Source: Bispira polyomma (taxonomy: Eukaryota). From it: a stretch of DNA of 64,000 bases. Below are positions 56,101 through 64,000 of this stretch, piece after piece. The notes beneath the pieces are model-generated. The model was not told the origin of the DNA, did no database searches, and saw nothing but the letters and a program-made list of their open reading frames with translations. The stretch is from positions 89,094,001 to 89,158,000 of the forward strand of contig OZ287750.1 of assembly GCA_965649765.1 (NCBI GenBank), in the 5' to 3' direction. Every line of letters begins with the position of its first letter. Positions within the stretch are counted from its first letter, which is position 1. The position numbers and the translations under genes are program-made.

Positions 56101-56326
56101 CTGATATTGAAACAGGTCAAAATCAGGGACAACAGTCATGCATCATCTTGTAAATATAAAACTTATAATTGAAAGGAATAACATAGTCCAACATAAATAT
56201 GACTAACTTCTTTTGTATTCTCTGATTCCTCTTTCTTAGTGCAATCCAACCAAGTGCAAACGTTGTGGCAGCTATAGCAGTTTTCCCAGGGTTTCCAATA
56301 CTTCCCAATTTGCTGAGAACTGCCAT
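20103..56326 (-). CDS. ABCD3: Peroxisomal ABC half-transporter ABCD3/PMP70, complete 23-exon CDS (659 aa). Exons in transcript order: 56208-56326, 52679-52712, 47285-47383, 45820-45908, 44769-44838, 44109-44135, 43680-43750, 42114-42237, 41312-41368, 40342-40394, 39377-39536, 38749-38818, [37620-37717 OR 33604-33701], 30200-30291, 29575-29672, 27863-27923, 26677-26740, 25847-25924, 25067-25132, 24119-24328, 23059-23163, 21300-21356, 20103-20180
   Basis: All junctions are GT-AG with compatible phases, and lengths sum to 1980 nt ending in TAA. The translation has the ABCD motifs [25 protein letters not shown]-like EEIAFY, Walker [10 protein letters not shown]-loop FYIPQRPY, signature LSGGEKQR, Walker [12 protein letters not shown]-loop VSHR and C-terminal VEFGS. 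It is colinear with vertebrate ABCD3 as recalled. Confidence 0.97.
20490..21004 (+). mobile_element. HINE-like element with a two-unit internal repeat
   Basis: Duplicated AAAATTTGGTGAAAATCCATGCATGGGTTT block; 3' hairpin ACCCCAGCC-TTTGTT-GGCTGGGGT. Confidence 0.65.
21601..21856 (-). mobile_element. Full-length copy of the same SINE family, in ABCD3 intron 21
   Basis: Homologous to 8188-8446; TSD TATATTTAAGTGAA at 21587-21600 and 21857-21870. Confidence 0.92.
22130..22435 (-). mobile_element. Two degraded tRNA-derived SINE fragments
   Basis: Residual A/B boxes and similarity to the SINE body; related fragments at about 28180-28290, 37060-37210, 38870-39030 and 57690-57810. Confidence 0.7.
22750..23058 (-). 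repeat. Minisatellite abutting the ABCD3 exon 21 donor
   Basis: ACCATTAGACTCTAAGACCACTGAC units resemble the junction-proximal CTCTAAGTCCACTCAC. Confidence 0.8.
23440..24130 (-). repeat. Minisatellite (about 30 bp, about 20 copies) of the ABCD3 exon 20 donor junction
   Basis: Unit CCACTTACCGCCACCCTCTGTTT..., equal to the exon end plus GTAAGT on the minus strand. Confidence 0.95.
24119..24328 (-). CDS. ABCD3: ABCD3 exon 20 ([16 protein letters not shown]...[10 protein letters not shown]), ABC signature exon
   Basis: 210 nt, phase 0-0, CACAG|AGG acceptor and GCG|GTAAGT donor. Confidence 0.95.
24310..24910 (-). repeat. Minisatellite (54-64 bp, about 9 copies) of the ABCD3 exon 20 acceptor junction
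   Basis: Unit CCAGTGTCATGTAAGGCCTCTGTGTGGGGACAAAAACAG..., equal to the acceptor plus the first 19 exon nt. Confidence 0.95.
32652..32985. mobile_element. PIF/Harbinger-like MITE (GGGGCC termini)
   Basis: Long inverted repeats GGGGCC.TATT.A.AAAGATTCTTATTCT; short relative at 33309-33419, fragments at about 16553 and 37760-37802. Confidence 0.7.
33604..33701 (-). CDS. ABCD3: ABCD3 alternative exon 13b ([33 protein letters not shown]), canonical-like version
   Basis: 98 nt, phase 1->0, acceptor TCTCTTAG, donor GAG|GTGAGC; closest to vertebrate [18 protein letters not shown]. Confidence 0.93.
36624..37467. mobile_element. Tc1/mariner-like MITE with TA TSD, containing a SINE fragment
   Basis: TIRs CAGTCATTCACTGAAAATAAG / CTTATTTTCAGTGAATCATTG flanked by TA. 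Confidence 0.8.
37620..37717 (-). CDS. ABCD3: ABCD3 alternative exon 13a ([33 protein letters not shown])
   Basis: 98 nt, phase 1->0, acceptor TATTTTCAG, weak donor GAG|GTCACA, open frame containing VVSRPF. Confidence 0.75.
43330..43690 (-). repeat. Minisatellite of the ABCD3 exon 7 donor junction
   Basis: CACTTACATGAGATACTGTTC units versus the real TACTTACGTGAGATACTGCTC. Confidence 0.9.
44109..44135 (-). CDS. ABCD3: ABCD3 exon 6, 27-nt microexon (MSLVNNILK)
   Basis: TTTGCAG|ATG...AAG|GTATGT; supplies the conserved SLVNNxLK segment. Confidence 0.92.
44905..45135 (+). mobile_element. tRNA-derived SINE with V-domain-like body
   Basis: GGTGGCCTAGAGGTTAA A box, GGTTCGAATCC B box, tail GTTGAAAGTGACGTAAAACCCAAC; older related copy at about 58460-58700. 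Confidence 0.8.
45960..46635 (-). mobile_element. L2/CR1-type LINE ORF2 3' fragments, frameshifted
   Basis: [16 protein letters not shown]...KKLQSIQN and [15 protein letters not shown]...KTYLF motifs. Confidence 0.88.
47120..47290 (-). repeat. 21-bp minisatellite of the ABCD3 exon 3 donor junction
   Basis: ATAAACTTGACACTTACCTCTG units, about 8 copies. Confidence 0.92.
48642..50306 (+). mobile_element. Helentron/HINE-like element, probably with a nested insertion
   Basis: 5' ACAAGAGG start, 3' GC-rich palindrome TCTCAGCGGGCGGAGCCCGCCGAGA followed by an A tract. Confidence 0.55.
50604..51980 (+). mobile_element. Second copy of the same Helentron/HINE-like family, ABCD3 intron 2
   Basis: Shares the internal repeats and 3' end (GGGGTGAAACCAAATAA...TTCAAGGGA.GCTTAAT) with 15010-16248. 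Confidence 0.78.
52679..52712 (-). CDS. ABCD3: ABCD3 exon 2, 34-nt small exon ([11 protein letters not shown])
   Basis: Polypyrimidine acceptor TTTTTAG and donor AA|GTAAGT; converts phase 2 to phase 0 as needed to join exons 1 and 3. Confidence 0.8.
53852..56105. mobile_element. Long-TIR Mutator-like element with degenerate PHD-finger remnant (ORF 55215-55523) and a MITE (about 53955-54655) nested in its left TIR
   Basis: GAAAGAGC(T/A)GAATT..ACGTCGCAGAATT inverted at about 53860/56095; TGCCTCACGTGGAA(C/T)TAGAATTA inverted at about 54710/55800; CGKC...[11 protein letters not shown]...WY motif. Confidence 0.7.
56208..56326 (-). CDS. ABCD3: ABCD3 exon 1 (start codon; [39 protein letters not shown])
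   Basis: ATG in AAAATGG context, MAxxSK start plus hydrophobic and basic N-terminal segment typical of PMP70; donor AA|GTTAGT, phase 2. Confidence 0.9.
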
Positions 56327-56432
56327 TTTTGTGTACGGAAGTGGTTTTGTAAGTTCAAGGTTGTCTCTACATGAAACCGAAAGGGGTAACTTCTAAAACT
56401 CGGAGATCCCCTGGGCGATAAAATCGCCTTAA

Positions 56433-56510
56433 TAGAGGGTTTTCAGCGGCAACGGCTAAATTTGCGGCTAAATTAGCCGGCGCCATGTTGGAGGGACTGG
56501 AGGCCGTGGA
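56433..56510. mobile_element. TAGAGGGTTTTC-type DNA transposon terminus (Academ-like); related inverted terminus ends at 60783
   Basis: TAGAGGGTTTTCA...GCGCCAT(G/C)TTGGAGGGACT is shared with the reverse complement of 60724-60783. Confidence 0.55.
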
Positions 56511-57109
56511 GTAAAAATGAACGAAAATTAAACTTGCGAGCGATTTGAGACCTCTAGACATATAAATTTACCATGAAATTATATATGACATTAAATTTAT
56601 GATAATCTTAAAATTATATATTTCACTATGAAAGGTATAAGGTGGTTTAGCTAAAATCCTAAATTATCGCCCATTAAATCATCAACACTTGCAATTGTGT
56701 CTCGCGTTAGTGAGTCTAATCCCTGTCTGAATTTTGCCGAAAAACGTAAGTACACAAAACACATAAAACATAATGTGGTTTATCAGATTGTTTGGTATCA
56801 AAATGTTCGTCTTATTCTTCAGATAAAAATATTACAAGAATTTCAAAAATCGGACCAGGAATAAGAAAGCTATGGCATTCAGAATGAAATGCCATATTAT
56901 GTATGATATCTCCAACATATTTCAATTTAATTTACTGCCTCTAGTTATAATTCGCCAGTCAAATATGTACATGGACGTCGAAAATTCTGAATGGAAATGC
57001 AAATAATATCCACTTAATTATGAAAACCAGCATTTAACACAAGGCCTGTAGACTGAGTTTATGTAAATAAAATGACAAATACTGACCAATTTTGTTTAAA
57101 TTGACTTTT

Positions 57110-57378
57110 GTTAAAAGCCTGATTAACTACTTTTGACACTAGCTATGACTGTTTGTATCTTGCCCTGATTAACTACTTTTGACCCATGACTGTTTGCTGA
57201 TTAACTACTTTTGACCTCTATGATTGTTTGTGTCTCGCCCTAATTAACTACTTTTGACATCTATGACTGTTTGTGTCTTGCCCTGATTAACTACTTTTGA
57301 CCCCATGACTGTTTGCTGATTAACTACTATTGATCTCTATGACTGTTTGCTGATTAACTTTTGACCAGATGACTGTGC
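57110..57378. repeat. Minisatellite CTGATTAACTACTTTTGAC...ATGACTGTTTG (33-45 bp variants)
   Basis: About 7 tandem copies seen directly. Confidence 0.9.
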
Positions 57379-57429
57379 CCTTTTCCATGTTGGCTGTTTA
57401 GTTGGCCACTCACACACCTTTCTTCTCCA

Positions 57430-57696
57430 TAGTGGATAATTATATTGATTTATAGAGATAATATGGTGACAATTAAAAAAAAAATTCCTTTTAATTATCT
57501 CGATTTATCGAGATATTAACTCGACAATTCAAAAAAAAATATTTTTTTTTTTCTAAATTATCTTGATTTATCAAGATATTATCTCGACAATTCGAAAAAA
57601 AAAAAAAAAATTTTTTTAAATTATTTCGATTTATCGAGATATTATCTTAACAATTCAAAAAAAAAAAAAGAAAGTTGGCCCTTATACTCTTCCATA
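57430..57696. mobile_element. MITE with internal palindromic repeats ATCTCGATTTATCGAGAT
   Basis: Three internal units; terminus GGCCCTTATACTCTTCCATA. Confidence 0.6.
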
Positions 57697-60600
57697 GCAT
57701 ACAGTTGATCAAGGTTCTGCACTGAAACCAGCGGCCCACAGTAAGTAACTACCACCTTTCCCACATAGGCATCAACGGGAGTCGAAGCCACGCCAGGCTA
57801 TCCCAGAGGTGAGAAACGGTCATGGGTTTGAATCTCGGGCATAACATATTTGTGGGAAAGTTGAAGTAAACTTTGCGAAGGCTGAAACTTTATTGAATAT
57901 GTCTCTACAGTTACTACGCCAGAAAATGTCAGAAGGATAATCTCATCTGGTTTCAAATCCCAGGGTAGATTACTATAATTTTTACTTTGCTCTCCGGTCT
58001 TTGAACTCTGGGTTCAATTCCCAGCCGGGTTTTATTAATGAACCCTGGATGGTCAAGTTCAAACTTGTACAACTTCACTTATGTGGGACATTCAATTGAA
58101 TATTCTGTAAAGGCAACAATGAAGATAAAGTAAACTAAGTCAATCAAAAAATATTTATTGAAATGTTGTAAAACTCAAACAAAATTTTAATCAAGATGGT
58201 CATACGGGTTTTATATGGCGGTTTTATATGCATATCAGCTTCTTTGTGCATTGCCACAAAAAATGAACAGTTTGCAATGTGATTTTGAAAAATGCCAATG
58301 CTGTCAAAATATTTTTTGAAACAGTTTACAAGGAAATACTGTACTCCATATAACTTTTAATAGCAACAAATATCTGCCAAATAAATTAAAACTTTTGTAA
58401 AATTATAATTCATTTGTCAGTTAAAAGAAAATACATTTGTAGTTTAAACAAGAATAGGGGGCGGGAATTTGGTGGTGTAGTGGTAACAAAATACTCTTCT
58501 ACGACTGCAGTGGTAGGTTTGAACCTTGGCCCTGGCATCTATATGGAATATTGGCAGTACACTTGCTGAAGGCTGGTGGTTTGCAGAACAGAAAACCGTA
58601 AGCAACTATCTTCCTTTTGAATTTCCTTCATTAGTAAAGTTAACTGCCAGTCATGATATCATAACAATCAAATGTTTTGATTTGATTCCAAATGTTGAGG
58701 TCAACATCCTAAATACTTGGTAATCCAGGCTACTTGTTTCAAGTAGTTTGCATATTACATTGTAATAGGCAGTATATTGGTGGATGAAAGAAAGCAATAT
58801 TATTCCTCAATATTTCTGAACTGGTTTTGCTGATGTACAAGCTACACAAATTTGTTGAATAATAATTAAAAAATCATATGCAAAATTATTTAGGCGATTT
58901 TTACCTCCGTCAGATCTCAGTGCGATAACTAGTACCCTAAATATTCCGAAATAAATATGTAAAGGTGATAAAAACATAAAGTACCCAGATTTTTTACTTG
59001 CACCAGAAGGATTTGTCACAACCATTAGCAGACAATAATATCTACCCTAGGATTTGAACCTAGATAACAAAATCCTTCTGATATTTTATACTGTAACAAT
59101 AATTTTCAATTCCTTACTGAATGGTTATCAAAGGTGTCTCAAACTCTAAACTTAAAACTCTCAGAATAAAACTTACATAATATTCACAAAGTGGAACCTC
59201 TATTATCCGAAACATGTTGAAAGAAATCCGTACCTTCTTAGGAATTTATGACGTCCATAACTGGATTTTCGACATACACCAGCAGGATCTGTCACAACCA
59301 TTAGCAGACTAATAATCTACCCTGGGATTTGAACCCAGATGACATTATCCTTTTGACAGTTATTGGTGTAACAACTGCAAAAACATATGCAATAAATTTG
59401 CTCCTAAAATTTTTAAAAACATCAGACAATCTGAATGCGATTATCATGTATGACATTCTAGTACTTTATGTCTGAAAAGCATTTCAGTTTTCATCAAAGG
59501 TAAATTAGGTCATACTTAGGTCAGTCTTGAAACCTCTCATAATTGTCATAATTTCAATAGAATTCCACATAATCTCAAATTTCCTTACATTAATCATTAT
59601 CAACCATTATCTAGTATTTGGTATTTGAACAACTAATTAACCTTTTCTTGACTACCCAGGTACAGCCAAGCAGATAGTCTAGTTGAGCAAGTTTGAGTCG
59701 GAGCTACTTTCTCCAGATAATCAGTTAGATCAAATGGTGGTTTACTCTCGGCCATTCTGTAGAATAAAGAAATAACCCATATCAAGACAACTGCAGGTTA
59801 GTTAGTAGTTAATATACAATGCTAAAACCTTACATTGGAACTTTTCATTACCTAACAAATTCAATATGATGAACACATTGATACATTAGCTTTATACTGC
59901 GGTATCGTCAGTTTCTTTTTCCCCCTTCTACTCTGATGCACGTCCAAGCAATGTAATAATGACGTAGCCTTTGCAGCTTGCATCAGTAGAAACAAAATGT
60001 ATGTATAAAACCACATTTCCGCTCATTTATAAAACCATATTGCTGATTATTAATAACTCAACAAATATTGAGTGTTTGTGAAAATTTGGTAAAAAAAGCT
60101 TATTTTATTACAATTATTTTTTTAATTTTTTGAAAAATCCGTTGAGAAATGGCCGACATATTTAAGTTTAAAAATGGGTACTCCTGATTTGTTGACTGCG
60201 TGTTTAAGGTAGCAAATAGTGATGGTATATCGAGTAGATTTTATTCCAATTAAAAGTCAGAAACTACAATCATTTCTCTTTAACAGCATATGAGTATGAC
60301 ATTCACAGGACCCGTAATTGTAGAGATTGAAATTTTTATATAAACCATAAAACACTTAAACATGGATGAGAATAGTGTAATTTTGCAAAAGTTCAATTGG
60401 AATATCGTCCTTTAACAATGAAGATAATTATTTTGCAAGAAATCAATACTTTCACATCATATGTCAAAGTTTGAGGCTAGTATATGAAATACTAATTGAG
60501 ATATTTACATATTTTGACAGCTCACACAGCATGTTTGTTTACCTCCGTATATGGACGATAATATAAGATATGTTGCAACTTCACGACAAATTAAGTTGTA

Positions 60601-63253
60601 AAACATAAAAAAACAGTATGAAACTAAGACAAATATACTGCTTCAAAGTTTTGATGCTTCTGAACAAGGTAATGTTATTTTTTATAGTAATTCTACCTTC
60701 TTGGTTAAAGTTTAATAAAACACCGTAGAGTCCCTCCAAGATGGCGCTACTTCCGGCTAAGCTAACGCTGTGAAAACCCTCTATTGTAGGAGGAATCGCC
60801 TAGGGTCTGTGAGGTTGCTGTAATATCGCCTAGAACCAGGTAGGTAACTTTAACATTACTCCAGAGTACAGGAGGTGGCCTGTAAAATGGCCTAGATGTT
60901 TGGAAAATTAAGGCTGTAAAATTGCCTTGGGGTCTGAGAGGTATGGGTAAAATCCCCCTGGTGCCTGTGAGGTGTATCTAAAGTCGCCCTGGTATAAAGA
61001 GGATGTGTATTTAACTGCAATTCAACTAATTAACTAAACTTGTCTTGCTTTTTTGCAAATTTGCTTGCATTACACATTTTTTTTTATTAATGTATATGCA
61101 TATGTAATAATTATACTTAAGCTTTATTATCAACAGGTAAAAACAGTAAAACACTGGTCCTGAAAATGAAAGGATAATTCAAATTTACCTAACTTCTTTG
61201 AAGTATATTAATGTTCATCAAAAAACCTGATACTAAATATGTAAGATAATTCACATTTACATAACTTCTTGTATATTTCTGTTGGTTACAAGTGAATTGC
61301 GTTCCAGGCTGTGGTAGATGACAAGTTTACGTTATCCACGGAAAAGGACAGTTTAGAAGTAATATAAAATTCTTTATTAGATATAAAACCGTCAGTCAAC
61401 TGAGAGCTAGATATAACATTGAATATTAAAGCTAATATTTTAAAAAAGCCTGTATTGATAAATTGGTAGACTAATGGGGCAGTTTTGAACATACATCAAA
61501 AGTTAACAGGAAGCCAGTATAAATATTTGAGACCAGGAGAAATGTGGTAGACATGTTTTTGGCGGACAAACAATATAGCAATGACTTACAGTTGTCAATG
61601 CGACTTTTACTGACAAACAATGATTAAAAGGTAGAACTGACATGTTTCCTAAAAGAATAATCAGCGTCAAACATTACTCCAAGATTACGCCAAACATTTA
61701 AGGGTCATATCATACTCCCCAGGATGTATATTAAAAACATAACAAAGTTTGTTTTGTTGGAATAAGAATTGTTAAAAAGGCCATATTTAAGGTATTAAGT
61801 CTCATTTTAGAAGTTTTTATACAATTAAAAATGTACGGAATAACTGAATTATGTCCAATTTTACATGTTTGTTTTTCCTTTCATAGACCTAGGGCAAGGT
61901 TTTGTCATGAGGACTTTGAAGTAAATAGTAAAATCTTTTGACAGTTAAATACTGGTGGCACTTATATTACATAGTGAGAATTATATATTTTTTAAAAATG
62001 CTGTTTGTATTAAAGTTACCATGTTCTCCAGACACAAAAGCATGGCCTTCAGGCATTTGTGTGAACGTTTTGTTGCAATCAGGAAATTGCTATAGTGTAC
62101 TCATTTAGTGATTTTAATAAGCAATAAGCAATAATGTACAAATATATGTTGGATGCTTTTAGGCAGTAATTGTCTACTCTAAATAAAAGTATAGCTTAGG
62201 CAATTAACCTTATTTAAACAATGGTAATGTCACACATATTGGAATATAAGTTTAATAAAAGGCAATGTTCTCTAGTTTTGTGTTGTTAATTTTATGTAGA
62301 ATATCAGTGATGTATCTACTGGTGCCTCCTTTGCTCATCAATCTTTAAATATATATTTTTTTCCCTATGAGATTTTCCTGTTAAACTAAATGTGGATATC
62401 TGAAGAAAGTGGATACAATCAATCCTAAAAAGCATACAGGTATCCACAATTATTGACAATGTGCTTTTGTATTGCTTTAACATGCCAGAAAAAGGCTGTG
62501 TCCATATATTGGTGAGATACTTACATTTCATTCACACCATTATCGTCTTTTGGAACCATTTCAAAACCTATACATATAACATAGCTTTTTCAATGTACTT
62601 TAACCTATTAACCCGAAACACCTTTGTTATAACCTGTTGAAGCCGTTTACATGGTGTATTGAAAGATTGTACAATAGAGTACAAGTTAAAGTGCAGTAGT
62701 CCAAAGGTTAGAATCAATATATCCAAAAACTGTACATAATTAAAATTAAAACTGATAATTAGAACTTTTAAAAAGGGAGATAATTACGAAATTCATATTA
62801 AAATATATATAATTTATTCAATAATGCACCATTCATAATAATACAATCAAGAATGGATGAATTCCAAAAAAATCAAGATGAAAATCTGAAGCAAATTAAT
62901 AAACAACACAACTTTCATCAGTTTAGTCCAAAATATAAACATTTATACCAGATAATATACTGTGGCGACAAATACATAATCTGTATTCCTAAAAACATTA
63001 CAAGTTACAATCTCATACTCGTCCCAGTCTCTGGGGAAAAAGACAAACTAAAGAAAAAAATTGGTGGAAGAAATTTGGTGCTTAAAGTTATTCATCATTT
63101 AAAATTTTTTGGTGCTCAGATATTTATACATATCTATGAGCTGAAAACCCCAAAGAAAAAAAAAGTTATGTCATAAAAGAAATGTGATGATTAAAGGTAA
63201 AAAAATATAAATAAAACAGTTACTTAAGTCCTATCTCCCCAGCATTCTAGAGT

Positions 63254-63782
63254 CTAGTTATTTTGCTTATTTAGTCTCTTCATCAGCCTGTTCCTAGCCT
63301 TCTTGCTTAATCTGCTACCTCTTCTCCCACTGAAGTAAATGAACCATCCTTGGAGCTGTAAAGCCATTCCCTTGACCATCATGACCAGACTTTCCAGTAA
63401 CTCTGGCCAGCAGCAATACAGTCCAGCCACCATTAAGCTGACCAGACAGACAGTAGGGAGAACTGACCACATAACAACATCTCTGTAGGACCTCCACACC
63501 TTCTCCACCTCCTCTACCACCATCTCCTCAAACTGCCTCATCTTTTCTAATTTCCCTATGTACTGGTCATATGTTACTCTGACCACATTCCTTCTGCCTA
63601 GCTTCAGTTGTCTGCCAGACTTTGGGACCTTGAGCTTTCAGATGTGCTGATAGATCTGACAATAGATTTCCTATGTGTTTTAGCATGTCCCCATCTTCCT
63701 ATGCACCATGTACACCTGCTTTGGGTATCTCTGGATAGTGGTGGTCTGCAGAGGTATCTGGGACGTTGGTCCAATGATAGAG
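63254..63782 (-). pseudogene. Disrupted coding segment of an unidentified single-pass membrane protein (Cys-rich part, helical stalk, hydrophobic VVMWSVLPTVCLVSLMVAGLYCCW, basic tail)
   Basis: GC-richer than the flanks; ORFs 63604-63804 and 63254-63586 join with one frameshift near 63637; interrupted upstream by a MITE end at about 63783. Confidence 0.45.
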
Positions 63783-64000
63783 TACAGAAGCCTATAAGGG
63801 TCACATAAGTAAAGTTTTAAAAAATCATAAGTCGTAATTACGACTTATTCTATGTCGTAATTACGACTTACTATGTCGTAATTATAAAATACTATGTCGA
63901 AATTACGACTTATGCTATGTCGTAATTACGACTTACTATATCCTAATTATGACTTACGCTATGTCGTAATTACGACTTATGTTATGTTGTAATTACGACT
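63783..64000. mobile_element. MITE terminus followed by the tandem palindromic unit GTCGTAATTACGAC (17-22 bp)
   Basis: Begins TACAGAAGCCTATAAGGGTCAC, the same style as the 57696 terminus; array runs off the window. Confidence 0.65.

Noticed and set aside
56433-60783. Single 4.3-kb transposon bounded by the two TAGAGGGTTTTC termini
   Set aside because: The termini are diverged and the flanks (TTAA vs TTGT) show no matching TSD; more likely two related insertions
63638-63640. In-frame TGA as possible selenocysteine
   Set aside because: An in-frame TAG lies 11 codons upstream (63671-63673) and no SECIS was identified

Overview
AT-rich, intron-rich animal genomic DNA. The SINE/Helentron/MITE repertoire suggests a lophotrochozoan, probably a mollusc (inference). 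Almost all ORF-track entries are spurious; the real genes were rebuilt exon by exon from GT-AG junctions. (1) A complete ABCD3/PMP70 peroxisomal ABC half-transporter on the minus strand (56326->20103; 23 coding exons, 1980 nt, 659 aa). (2) The 5' part of WDR18/IPI3 on the minus strand, running off the left edge. (3) A disrupted membrane-protein-like ORF at the right end. The rest is tRNA-derived SINEs, L2/CR1 fragments, Helentron-like elements, MITEs and two inverted copies of an EnSpm-like transposon. Two observations stand out. First, ABCD3 has two divergent 98-nt versions of one exon (37620-37717 and 33604-33701) that can only be used mutually exclusively and would swap the TMH5/luminal-loop segment. 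Second, at least eight intronic duplications or minisatellites are built from copies of the adjacent exon-intron junction and form arrays of decoy splice sites; one repeats the ABC signature motif in frame.
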